Below, in pieces: positions 24,521 to 36,700 of a DNA stretch of 64,000 nucleotides. Made by a program: the position numbers and the translations under genes. Source of the stretch: Ascidiella aspersa (Eukaryota); contig OZ004612.1 of NCBI GenBank assembly GCA_963924565.1, forward strand, positions 1,798,001-1,862,000, written 5' to 3'. Numbering within the stretch: the stretch's first letter is position 1; every line of letters begins with the position of its first letter. The notes beneath the pieces were generated by a model, which searched no databases, was not told the DNA's origin, and was given only the letters and a program-made list of their open reading frames with translations.

Positions 24521-27167
24521 AACAAGTAAAACTCAAACGTTTTGTTTAAAATTAAAATATATTTCGCCAAGTGGCATATTTAGTTCCTTAATTCGAATGA
24601 ATGAGGATTAAAAGCATATAGTTACAGATTTACCTACAAGGTTCCCCGAATGAAGTATTCCATTAAAAAAGCAATGAACAAATTTACATTTAACACACCT
24701 CCAAAATCAACATCAAACTAAAACGGTTGTTGTTTTGAAATTACAAAAAAAAATTAACTTGCATGGCATTTTATATTGTTTGTTTTTTCGAGCATCGTAC
24801 GTAACTATAGAAAATAGATATATTTTTCCGATGTAATAGGTTTACGGTCAACTTAGTCCATTTTATCTTACATAACATTGTGTTTTATAACTGTGTTCTA
24901 CATAACAGTTTGTTACACAATTGCTTTTTCATAAATTTTTTCTACATAATGTCTTGTATGGGCATACCTTTGAAAAACAATCCAAAGGCTGTTAACCTTT
25001 TCCTATTTATCCGGTAAATGATTCAATGTTATATTGATTGCCAAACTAGACCCCTCTAATTTGTCAGAACATCCTTTTAGGGGAATTACCTATAAATTAA
25101 GAACCCCCAAGTATATCAAAGTACATAATAAAACATGGTAAAATGTATAAAATGCTAACCACTAGTTTAAATGGTGAGCTACAGTGTCTCTATAAAATGA
25201 CAAATCAACATTATAGCTTACAGCGTGTGGAGTAAATGAATATGGTTTATCCGATTGTTTAAATAATGTTATTTATGGCAACAAAATACAACTAAATTTG
25301 CAGTCGGTTGAAACAGTGACAGACTTATAAAAAAAAAATTACTGAATAAGAAACTGCACAAATCTAAAAATATTTCAAAGAAACAAATTTATCTTGAAAT
25401 AGAAATATCATTAATACGCTCGGGAATAAACGTCGCAGGTTTTTGTGTAAAATCGGCGGCTTCATAAAGGTGCCACTTCCACCGCTCGATGTCGCCCTTG
25501 AGCTCCATTAGTTTACCGCAAATAAATCTCAAACTCAGCAAGCTTTAATGGTCTTACACCACCCCATAGAACTACTGCCAGTAAATAACTAACTAGCCAA
25601 TTACCAAGCATCAATTAGATTCGACATCTTGTTTGCTGATTGGTCAATATAAGTCACGTGATGGGAAAACATACCTTGGTTTTTAAGGTGCAATTTTGTG
25701 TTTTTCTTTTACATAAATTAAACTAATAGCCGCGTTAAACAACGAAACGCCAAAACGTGACGTCAAATACGTATTTTGGCGAAAACAATTTAATAAAAGT
25801 TGGCCAAGACATACTAGCAACATAATTAAGATTGGTGCCGAACGCGAAACATTTGGCATTTACTCAGTAATCGCGGCAAACGCTGTAGTTATTTGGGGGC
25901 ATTGTCACGTGCTCTTGGAGCCGCCCCCGGTGCTAAATAGTTTAGGGGTAAGATTTCGCTTGAATATCCGTAAATGCTTTTTAGCATTAGTGATTCTTAA
26001 TAATTTAATGGAGATTCTACTGAAATTAAAATACCAAGTAGCAAGTAAAAACGAAACTAAAAGTCAGGCACAAGCAGTTGTATACCATTATTTTAACTAA
26101 ACCCCTCCAAACCCTACTTTATCTTACAATCAATAGTTTCCGAACCATTACTTAAAAACCACCTTACTTAATTTTTTTGCTGCTAATGTAATAATTTTAT
26201 TTCCTGTTGCATTTTAACTAAACTTTTTAGCATATACTGTATTATTTTGCTAAAGGACAAACTAATTTTCGAATCGAAAACCCTGTTAATTTATTATTTT
26301 TTCCTCAAATGTCGGATAAATAGGTTAAAGGTTACCGCTTTATTTGCCAAATATGCTGACTCACAAAAAAGACTTAATAAATTTGCGAAACTTGTTAACA
26401 TTTGCAAATTCTGAAGCTTGTTGTTGTTTCAATTAGTGATTGGACTCACTGTTTTCATTCTGTGAAAGTTGATTCAAATAACACAATGCTTACGAGATCT
26501 TCAATTTTAGCCAATTATTAAAATATCGTGATGTGTACAAAAATTAATTAACTCCAATTCCTAAAAAAAGTGTTATATTTTCGTCAGACTCATTTTCGCC
26601 CATTCTGTGAAAGTTGATTCCGATCTCTCTCGCTCTACAGATTCAAAACTTAGTAAACAAAGGGAAGGTGTTACGTCGAGCGCTGCGCTGTATTGTGACG
26701 CGTGTTGTCAAACAATGGCTTAAGTTCTAGAATGTGACGTCATCAATATGGGCGAAATCTCTGGTTCGCTTGAAATCGCTTGATATTTAACTTGTATGCG
26801 GGAATAGGCGACCACTGCTCTACCAACTGAACTATCAACAGAACGAATAAACTGATGTTTATTAAGATTTCTGTAAATATTTCTTAATAATAAAATCGCA
26901 TTTTTATTTTATCTTTGCGCAGTTTAAGTTAATCAAGTTTTTATAATAAAATAAAGTTTAATTTGCGTTTAATTTTAATTGAATAACAATTTATGAAAAC
27001 CACTTATATGTATTTCCTTTACTTCATATTAAACCTCTTTAAATCAAATATTTGACACCTGATAATGATTTACCAATAGTACACCTTAACATTTTGCACA
27101 TACAATTTAATGTTTTGTTTCATAAGCGAGAATTACAAATTTCAATATATTGTAAATGCATTCAAAT

Positions 27168-27568
27168 CAAGGCTTTGAAGCCGGAGCCCCGGAGCCGTGC
27201 ATTTACAACGGAGCTGGAGCCGGAGCCGGACCTCTATGTGAAATTCAAATGGAGCTGGAGCAGTTGTTTAAAAATGGATCCTGCTTCGATGTGTTTCATA
27301 AGATGCTATGCTACTACAAATGGCTGATTTCAAATAATTTAACAGCAGTCCTTCACAAAATTAGGAATTGTTGCCTCTTAGGCGCCACCTTTTCTAACTA
27401 TAACCAAGTTGCTGGGGGATTTGACAGCAGACTGAGCAGAGCATTCAGCTGAGACCGATGATATTGACTATTGACTGACCCCATTTGATAGTTTTTACCG
27501 GAGCTGGAGCTGGAGCTGGAGCAGTGGTATCAGTAAGATTTCATATTTACGTCTGCTGCAAAGCCCTG
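27168..27568. mobile_element. hAT-type MITE with GGAGCC/GGAGCT internal repeats
   Basis: Ends CAAGGCTTTGAAG / CTGCAAAGCCCTG; TSD ATTCAAAT / ATTGAAAT. Absent from the paralogous 3' flank near 15325. Confidence 0.8.
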
Positions 27569-27622
27569 ATTGAAATACCACTTCAATTTGGCGTATTTAT
27601 TCAAAAAGACTACCAACAATAA

Positions 27623-30600
27623 TTATAAAGAAGTTTTTTTTCGGGCACGGTTTTCAATTTCTAATATTTCATCGCATGCTTTAATTTTCTCACTCGCCAA
27701 AGGATGGTCGATTTTTCTCCACAACTTGATTGCTGTTTTCAAACTCTGCATTGCTTTGTCATGCAGCTTCATCTGCAAATAACATTCACCGATTCGCTTG
27801 TGACAATCTGCAATAAACATCGCTACTACTTTATCGGGTTCCAAAGTCGAAAGAAGTCCGATTTCTTGTTCAAAGCATTTCACCGCATTTTCAAACTTGC
27901 CAAATTGTTGATACGAATGACCGACGAAATAAATTAAACTTTTTCTTTCTTTAATTTGAACCATTTTTATGTATTCTTGCCCTTTTTCGAAATAAGCAAC
28001 AACCCTCTCAGGTTTGTTTAATTCGAAGCTACAATTAATGAGTTCCCTATAACATTTCCCAATCATAACTTGCCACTTCACAGTTTTATGAAATCCTAAA
28101 TACAATCCCAGAGAAGTTTCCAATGTGTTATAAGCTTCCTCGTTTCGTTCAAGTTTGTTGAGACAAATTCCAGCGTTAAATCGCGCGTTTGTAACTAACT
28201 GCACAAAGTAATGCCCCTGATGTCCGTCACATATGGAGATTACTTCTTTAAACTGATCTAACGCTAATTTGTAGTTATTGTTGTTACAATTATGTATTCC
28301 AATACATATATAAATTTCAGCTCTAACACGAACTTTGGTCCGCTGAAATTGTTTACTTAAGGGGTAGAGCTCATAAACTTCCTCATACAATTCACTTGCT
28401 CGTAGAAAATTTTCCTTTTTTAGGTGTAATATAGCCCGGAACACTTTGCATTCAGCAGGGAGATTAAATTTGTCGTCGGAAACGTAATACTTACTCTTTG
28501 AAATATTTTCCGCCATTTCAATTGCCTTTTCCGCTTGTGTGTAGTTTTGAACAGCAAGGTAAGTTTGAGAAAATTCTAGCAACGCTCCTGCTGTTTCGTG
28601 ATCTGAAGTTTCATCGAAGGCCTTTTCACGACGTTGAAGTAGATATTTATCACCGAATTCAATGCTTTTATTGTATTTACCAATTCTAGAGTAATATTGA
28701 GCAATATAGAGCTGTGCATCTTCCGAAACATTGTCTTTTAGAACAAGGTTAATCATATTGCCAGCCTTCTCAAGTAAACCTTCTGTAACACACAACCCGA
28801 ACAACTCGCATTAGGCTCTTCGTGAAACCGTAGCTGTTCTGCTTAAATGCAAGACTTTTTCATAACATTTAATCGCATCTAAGTTCATTCCAAGCCTTTT
28901 GTAAAATCTTCCCATCATATGTAACATTGCAGCCCGCATTGGATCGTGGTCTTCCATATAATCCAACGGAACTTGAAAGCACTTTAAAGCGGTTTCATGC
29001 CGATTAACTCTAAAGTGACAAAAACCTTCCATGAAGTAGTTCTTATCGGGTTTTGTTTCTTTCAACTCAAATGTATTTCTGCTCCTGTTTTTTTTATGAC
29101 CTCAATTGCTTCGTTATAAAAACGTAAGGAAAGAAGCGAAAGTATAACACGACGCCAAGTTAATTGGTTTGATTCCGATTGCTTGATGGTGAACATTTGC
29201 AAAGTAGAAGCTGAAGAGAAAAATGCAACAATTCTTGATTTTCCAAATACTTCGAGCAACAAATCAGGAAAAGGTTCGAATCTTGCGTCAAGATAATCGC
29301 ACTGGCGGGAGTATTTGAAGTAAACCCGCAACCTAACTTCACAGGCGAAAGCAAGTGCGAACATAAAATCATCCGATTGTTGCTGTGATATTTTTTCTTC
29401 TGAAGTCAATTCCCGCAGAATATCAAAAGAAGACGACGATTTGTATATATGTCTTCTACCAAGTGCTGCTATAAACAAAGTGACGCTTCGAAATACGACG
29501 CTTTTGATGTTTACAGAGTTTTCATTATGTATCAAAGCCAAGCATTTATCGATGTTGAATTTGTCAGTATCCTCCTTAAGTTGTTTTTCTAGATTCTCAT
29601 CGCAACGAGGTTGTTGTAAGAAGTCAATGGTTTTCATCTTCATTTGATCGTAGATTGCATCTTCGCCACAAACAAAGCATATTTTAGTAAAAATATTACC
29701 CAAGTGGTAACCGTTTTTAAAGTCATTATGCCGTCCAAGATATTCAAGCATTTTAGAGACAGGTTTGATCAGCTCAGTATCCCAGGGTTTGTTCGGTGTA
29801 GCTGACCTACCAAGTGGGAACTTGCAAGCAAAAGTAACCATTCCATCAAACGAAATGCCACGAGGTGTGTGCGCATCAAAGAACCAGCCCTTGCCATTAT
29901 TTTCCTCGGGATCATTAATGAAAGGCAACGAAACGTGAGGTATTATGGTTTCACCAAAATTTACAACCACAACTTGAAACATCACAGACACCCAACGGAA
30001 ATATTCAAGTATATCGTCATAACCTGAACGATTTTGAACACCTTCTTCCAACAAATAGATGTGCTCGAAATCTGAATAAGGAGTGATTTCATTTCTAGCA
30101 AGTGATCCCATTCCAACCAAAGCATATTTACAAGGAGCAGGACCTGTAGCTTCCACACAAAACTCCATTATATCTGCCATGAGCCACTTGTATTTTTCTG
30201 TGATGATTGTTTGTAAACTCTCTATCAGAATAGCTCTACGTTGATCGGATTCTGCAAGTGAAATTGCTTTTAACGCAATGTCCTTTATCCAATGCCTAAA
30301 GTCTTTTATTTTAGTGACAGATGCTTTCACCAGTTGCTTCAAACTGTCCACACCGGTTTCATGGCTGCCAGCAAGTTGAAGAACACGCGAACAAAGCTCA
30401 TCAAGATTTTTCTCAATCTCAGCAACGTTGCCAGGATTTCTCACAATAGCTGCTTTTAACAAAACGGCGCTTCGAATGTAGGATATTTTCTTGTCGCGTC
30501 CTTTAGTTAGTCGTGCAATTTTTTGATACGCAAGGCCGAGTTTGTGGATGATTTTTGCAGATTTCTATGGCTCTTTCTCTTTTCCATTCACATAGCAGCA

Positions 30601-30672
30601 TTCTGACTTTAAATATTTTGCTAAAGGTTCAGTAAAGCTTGTCAAATATTCAACAGACACAATGTTTCCCAT
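27623..30672 (-). pseudogene. Full-length NTase-TPR paralog, disrupted
   Basis: Starts MGNIVSVEYL at 30672. Three lesions: in-frame TAG at codon 36 (30565-30567), a frameshift at the A8 run near 29088-29095, and TAA at 28811-28813 where the paralog has CAA. The NTase motif GMGSLARNEITPYSDFEH is identical to the intact copy. Confidence 0.92.
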
Positions 30673-30970
30673 TTTAGGATTAAAATGATCAGCTATGAAA
30701 AAGAAAGTGTAACTTTCTTAAATGTTTTAAATTTAAACAAATGAAAATTCAAATAGCAGAATAAAGCTAGCTTAATTTAGTTCAGTCAATCTTAAAATAT
30801 ATATATATATATATATTTGTCAACCAAACCGTCGTCAGTATATTCTAATTAATGTAAATTTCTATTAAATAAAACGTAGAACGAATAATAATTAATCGAA
30901 TGTTTCTAACTAATCTTAATTCAAAACTTAACTTTGAACATGGTGGAGAAATTTTTAAGTATATATTATT

Positions 30971-31078
30971 TACATCACGTTCCTTTCCGTTTGCGTAACA
31001 TAATGACTTTAATTCATTTAAAAGTTCAAAAGTTTTACCTTTGCAAATACAAGCTTTATTATCTGAACACCCTTGCAT
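30971..31078 (-). pseudogene. 5' fragment (36 codons) of an NTase-TPR paralog most similar to the intact copy
   Basis: MQGCSDNKACICKGKTFELLNELKSLCYANGKERDV versus MQGCSDNKASIYKVKTYELAKELKSLCYANGKERDV. The upstream flank 31080-31280 resembles 18585-18800. Confidence 0.9.
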
Positions 31079-32416
31079 ATTTTTACTGATTGTTTAAAGT
31101 AGCGCAAAACAGATGGAAATCAATCGTGTTATTTGAACATCAACTACATATCTGTTTGAACAAACTATAAAACGACTTCTAAACTACAAGCAACCAAGTA
31201 CTACTGGCTGTGCTTTAGCCTGCATTGTAACAATGGCTGAAAAACAGTAAAATAGGCTGGTTGTGACGCGACAATACACGATTGAGGTCTCTGGCGCTTT
31301 TTGTGCGTTGGCAATAAAACGAGCGTGACAAGTTATACGACGATTCCTGCAATTCGACTGTTTGTCGAACGCAAAATCGAAGGGAAATGCTTTAAATGTT
31401 TGTTTTTCGCCCAAATCTGAACGAAAGTATTTTAGGGCGAGGTAGCAAATTGTAGGTCGAGGATTAAGTTGGATCAATGGTGGGAAGTTATTTTTTACCC
31501 CCAGCCACATGTGAATCATAAAATAATATATCGAGTCCAAAATACAACCAGAATGTCACACTATATGGCGTCATACTGAGTCGCTATAAAGAAGTATTTT
31601 TGCGAAACCTGATATTATTATAACTTTGTTATAGTTTTCGCAAATATGCAACCGAAGTTGAATGTCAAGAAAAATCGACAAGACGTCGCGTAAAACGCGA
31701 AACAATTGCTGCCAATTAGTAGTTTAAAATGCAAACTATAATTAAGATTTAGAAGGGTAACGAAATACGCACAGATAAAATATATGCACATTTCATAAAA
31801 TGTTAGCATTTATCAAGTTGTGGGTTTGTTGACCCAACAGCGGTAAGTTGCGCACACAAAAAAGAAGCACAAATGCGTTTAACTTATGGGTTTTAAGTTG
31901 CAGATGTAGTACTTACGATACAATCGATGTACTGCAAATAATAACTCTAGCGAAACATAAAAAAATACATTACCTATATTAGTTTGAAAAAAATGTAAAT
32001 CTTGTTCGGGTGTTTCAATATATTGCCCCTTCTTGATTAATATGATTTAGCATTTGTATGCACCACTTTAGTCGCCGGTCGTTTACAAATAGCAGAGAAA
32101 GACAGAGTCACGTCGCTCACAATTCGCCCACACTGCTCGCTCTTAAGCAGGAAGTGGCTCGATAAGCTACAATGGAAAGAAAGTCAGGACGGATTTGGGG
32201 ATTCTAACCCAATTTCGTAAAACTTGAAGCAATTCTATTTGTCGACGTTTGGTGTGAGGTATCGGTAATAAGACGATATTATCGACATTGTTGTTCCTAA
32301 CTAATAAAACCGAATTCCTTTTCAGCCTTTTAAGTTTTAATCTCACACTTGATAAAAGCAAACGAGTATTTTTCTTATCTGTCAAAAGCGGACCAAGTTT
32401 GTTTTGATTATTAATT

Positions 32417-32461
32417 ACCCTGATGATGCGGTCAGCTGTTATCTGCTGCCAAAACGTCGGT
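32417..32461 (+). ncRNA. Degenerate minimal hammerhead-ribozyme-like motif (Penelope-type); inverted copy at 34931-34972
   Basis: ACC-CTGATGA-stem II-AAAACGTC-GGT. Stem I is ACC/GGT; the core G12 is replaced by A. Confidence 0.55.
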
Positions 32462-33269
32462 TTATAACTTCGTTTGCACAAGAAGAGCATTTTCTATATT
32501 AATATGCATTAGGTTAATTTTACAAAATCTTTCTAAAGTAGGAACACTAAACACGGATCTGTTCATTATCTTCAGTAGAAAGAGAGTGGCCCAAAGAAAT
32601 TGCCGAAACGTTTGCTAATAAAAGAATGAATCTTTAATCTTTCTAAAGTTTTTTTAAGAAATGTGTTTTTTTGAAAGAGCAAAAATATAATCTTAGTATT
32701 TATGTAGGGGCACCCAAGCTGGGTTAATAAAACGTCGATAAAAAATCGTTTTAAAGAAGACACATTAACGTTACCCATATTTCCTGTATGGCTACAAAAG
32801 TTTAAAATTTGATATAACAGTCGTATTTGAATAGTTTATTTTTTTTAGATTTCTATGAAAGTAAGTGGCTTAGATTTTTAATCCCCGCAGTTAATGAAAC
32901 GTTCAATCGTTTCACTTGGTGTCAGTCATCTTTTGCTAACTTTTTCTTTAATGAATTATTTCTTTAATACCGTATTTGTTTTATTTTCTTTCATCTCCAA
33001 TTTAAAATTATAAATCTCCCCTTACGCACCAAACGGGTTTCGTTGTTTAGCGAAGTTTTTGTGCTGAATTTGTTATTTGCACGTGAAATAAGTATTGGTT
33101 CCAAAGTAAACTTATTTCAATCAAAGTATCTGACTTTTTATTATAGATTAACGAAGAAAACAATAACATTATTTTATAACAAGTTTATAAACGAATATAT
33201 AAATGGTTTGTTTTGATTTTTTTAACTTCCTAACTAAAGGTTTCGAAACTGGGTTTGCACACGACACAA

Positions 33270-33520
33270 AACGTGTGACGTCACGTTGCTTCCTGACGTG
33301 TTTCGCTGCCGAGTTGATGTTGCCACGACAAGAGACGAAATACCCGCGCCAGCTCAACTTAACCATCTAAACCTCGTGTCTATATTACAAAGTGATGAAG
33401 TGGCTCTAGGCGGGAAATGCTCGTCACAAGTGCGCGGTCTTCCGTTTTAGTTCTTCGACGCTCGACGCAGGGAAATGACAAGATGCACGTTTGCTGTGCT
33501 GCTTGTTTACTATATAACTT
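33270..33520 (+). promoter_or_regulatory. Candidate promoter of the LCCL/EGF gene
   Basis: Local CpG-rich patch with TGACGTCA (33276-33283) and TATATAA (33511-33517), about 270 bp upstream of the ATG. Motif-level evidence only. Confidence 0.3.
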
Positions 33521-33783
33521 TTACTTGCCTTTAACCTGCAATTAGTTCTCTGTAATAATGTTTACTTATAGTAGCTTTTGTCTAAGCGACCACTTGTAAA
33601 CTGTAACTCTCAGTTAAGGACTACTTTATTAGTAAGAACCTTAAATACGTTCGCGGTAGAAAATAAATGATTAAATCAAACCCACGGCAATCTTTTTTGT
33701 TTTAGTTCATTACGTCAAAATTATATTTCCGTAAGTTAAGGTTTTAGTAGATTTATTATTTTATTTTCTGTTAATTTTTCGGG

Positions 33784-36700
33784 ATGACGCCGATATCTGT
33801 TGCTGTTCTTTTCCTGGGACTGATCATCGCAATCCCAGGAACCAACCAGATCTCAACAAACCCAGAAAGTATGTTTTTCAGTGTTCAATTATGTCTTCAT
33901 GAGTGAACATAAACTTAAAATCTTCTTTTATAGCTGTAGTTGTATTTTATAAATGTTTTTATGTTTAATACCAAACGAAATGAAAACGTTTCAATGGCGT
34001 TACTTCTGATCGTCTTTAGGTTTTCTAATTTTAGCAAAGGAACACAGTAAATAGTTTGCAACGCATGACGGCATATAACTTACGTAATAAGTCAACAAAT
34101 ATAAAAACGTATTTTAACAAACTAAATATTCGTTTTCATGTGCAAATGGTGAATCTACTGAAATGAAACACACATATGTATGTTAATCTTTGTATATGGC
34201 CGTATTTGTCCTAATTCTAAATAGAGAAATCAGGTGGCACTGTATAAAGACAAATTGTATTTGATTCTCGACAAGCTTTCGCACAACCGTGCTTCATCAG
34301 GTCAAAGTATAAATGAAAACAATTAAAATGCACGTAAAAGCACAGGCGCAAGTAAAAGGCGATCGCCTTGTGCGAAAGCTTGTCGAGAATCAAATACAAT
34401 TTGTCTTTATACAGTGCCACCTGATTTCTCTCTATATGTATGTTAATAGCTGAGATCTAGCCCTTCGAAGCTGCTTTTTGACCAACGACTACGGCTTACG
34501 TATAATTTAGTACACCGAACTCACGACCTACGGTCAAGCCGGGACCGTCGCTCTACCAACTGAGCTATGCAGGCTCAGAAGGGAACAAGTCGAGAAACAA
34601 CGATACGCCAATGCTTGCTCAATTTGTTAGTACAAGCAACCTCATTGAAGGGGATCCACAGTACCATATCATTTATTCAATGAAACATTCACACATATGT
34701 GTGTTAATAACTGAGATCTAGCCCTTCGAAGCTGCTTTTTGACCAACGACTACGGCTCTACTGAAATGTGTTGTATTTTGTCATTTCCCTTTTATGAATG
34801 AAAGTGGATAAAATCGAAAAAGAAACAAAAATCCACCCCTTGTGTTTTCCAACTAATGAGCATTTAAAAATAAAACCGCCAGGCAAAATATCAACATTTA
34901 AATCGTTTATCTGGCATAAACGGAGTATAAACCGTCGTTTTGGCAGCAGACACCAGTTGACCTCATCAGGGTTAAAAGACTTGATCTTTAGCTTTACCTA
35001 GCGGTATTTAATACAACCTCTTTACCGCCCCAAGCGGAAACAAAGTTTTTATTTACTGACGTTTAAGTTGATAATAATTTTACTAAACAGACGTTTTATT
35101 TATTCTCAGTCACTTGCGACACTGATTTCACTGACTTGACCTACTCGATAAGTCCTGTGATCTGCCCTGGAGAATGCTGGAGACAATCTGATCGAAATGG
35201 ACTTTGCGGACTTGACAAGTATTCGGGCGGATCAATTTGCCTTGCCGCCATGCAGCTCGGCCTAGTTGACAGTAAGTAGGACGTTTGTTTTTGTCGGTCT
35301 GAACTACGAACGCAATATTTATATCAAGATTTGCTGATTTTAGTTTTGAGTCCACAGTTTTGAGAATAGAATGCTCTTTCTGATACAGGCATCTTTTTTC
35401 TTTTTTTTCTTCTTTTTTAAAGTATTGCAACAGATTTCATCTTGTGAGATCTTATGTACAGTAACTACTAAAAGTACATGCTGGATAAAGCTAAAACTTG
35501 CATTTTTTCACTTCAGATTTAAACAAACTTTACATTTTTTTTAATTTTATGATTTTTTTTTTAATTTACAGATATGGGTGGCTTCGTTATAGTTTACAAA
35601 AACATGAACGTTTCTTTCAAACCCGTGGGCGGCTCAAGATACGGGGTGACATCCCACAACTGCTCACGCTCTAAAGTCAGCTACACATTCGACAGTAAGC
35701 GTCTTTGTGTTTTGAGTAATGTGTTAGATATGTCTGACTTCAGACTCGGTGTTTAAAGCAGTTCTAATTATTGGTGTGTTATCAAGGACTAGTACGAAGA
35801 AACAAAAAAATGAAAAACGTATGCACTAACGTAAGTTGTAATAAAAATATAATTGATGAATAAATAATGGTAAGAAAAAATTGACTTTGAATGAATTTAA
35901 AGAAAGTTAGTTTACTAAATTCTTTTTGTGCTTTATGTAGTAACTTGTGATACAAACGGGAATGTGAAACAGGCTCTGAACGAAGCTACGTGCCCCCCTG
36001 GATGCGGGGGTGGATTGGTGCTAGGGAGCAACCCCTACCACGTCAATTCGTCGGTTTGCAGCGCTGCTGTGCACGCCGGGAAAGTGACCAGAGGTGGACT
36101 TTGAAATAAGCATTTAAATTGGCGGGGCTTTGGCTGGGCTTTGGCTGGGCTTTGGCTGGGCTTTGGCTGGGCTTTGGCTGGGCTTTGGCTGGGCTTTGGC
36201 TGGGCTTTGGCTGGGCTTTGGCTGGGCTTTGGCTGGGCTTTGGCTGGGCTTTGGCTGGGCTTTGGCTGGGCTTTGGCTGGGCTTTGGCTGGGCTTTGGCT
36301 GGGCTTTGGCTGGGCTTTGGCTGGGCTTTGGCTGGGCTTTGGCTGGGCTTTGGCTGGGCTTTGGCTGGGCTTTGGCTGGGCTTTGGCTGGGCTTTGGCTG
36401 GGCTTTGGCTGGGCTTTGGCTGGGCTTTGGCTGGGCTTTGGCTGGGCTTTGGCTGGGCTTTGGCTGGGCTTTGGCTGGGCTTTGGCTGGGCTTTGGCTGG
36501 GCTTTGGCTGGGCTTTGGCTGGGCTTTGGCTGGGCTTTGGCTGGGCTTTGGCTGGGCTTTGGCTGGGCTTTGGCTGGGCTTTGGCTGGGCTTTGGCTGGG
36601 CTTTGGCTGGGCTTTGGCTGGGCTTTGGCTGGGCTTTGGCTGGGCTTTGGCTGGGCTTTGGCTGGGCTTTGGCTGGGCTTTGGCTGGGCTTTGGCTGGGC

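Noticed and set aside
30564-30975. Splicing the 31078 stub (GAT|gtaaat) to the AG of the pseudogene's first TAG would rebuild an in-frame N-terminus
   Set aside because: The acceptor has a purine-rich upstream tract, and two further lesions remain downstream.
35128-35430. Possible decayed GIY-YIG sequence upstream of the minus-strand hammerhead-like motif
   Set aside because: No recognisable GIY/YIG motif; too degenerate to call by eye.
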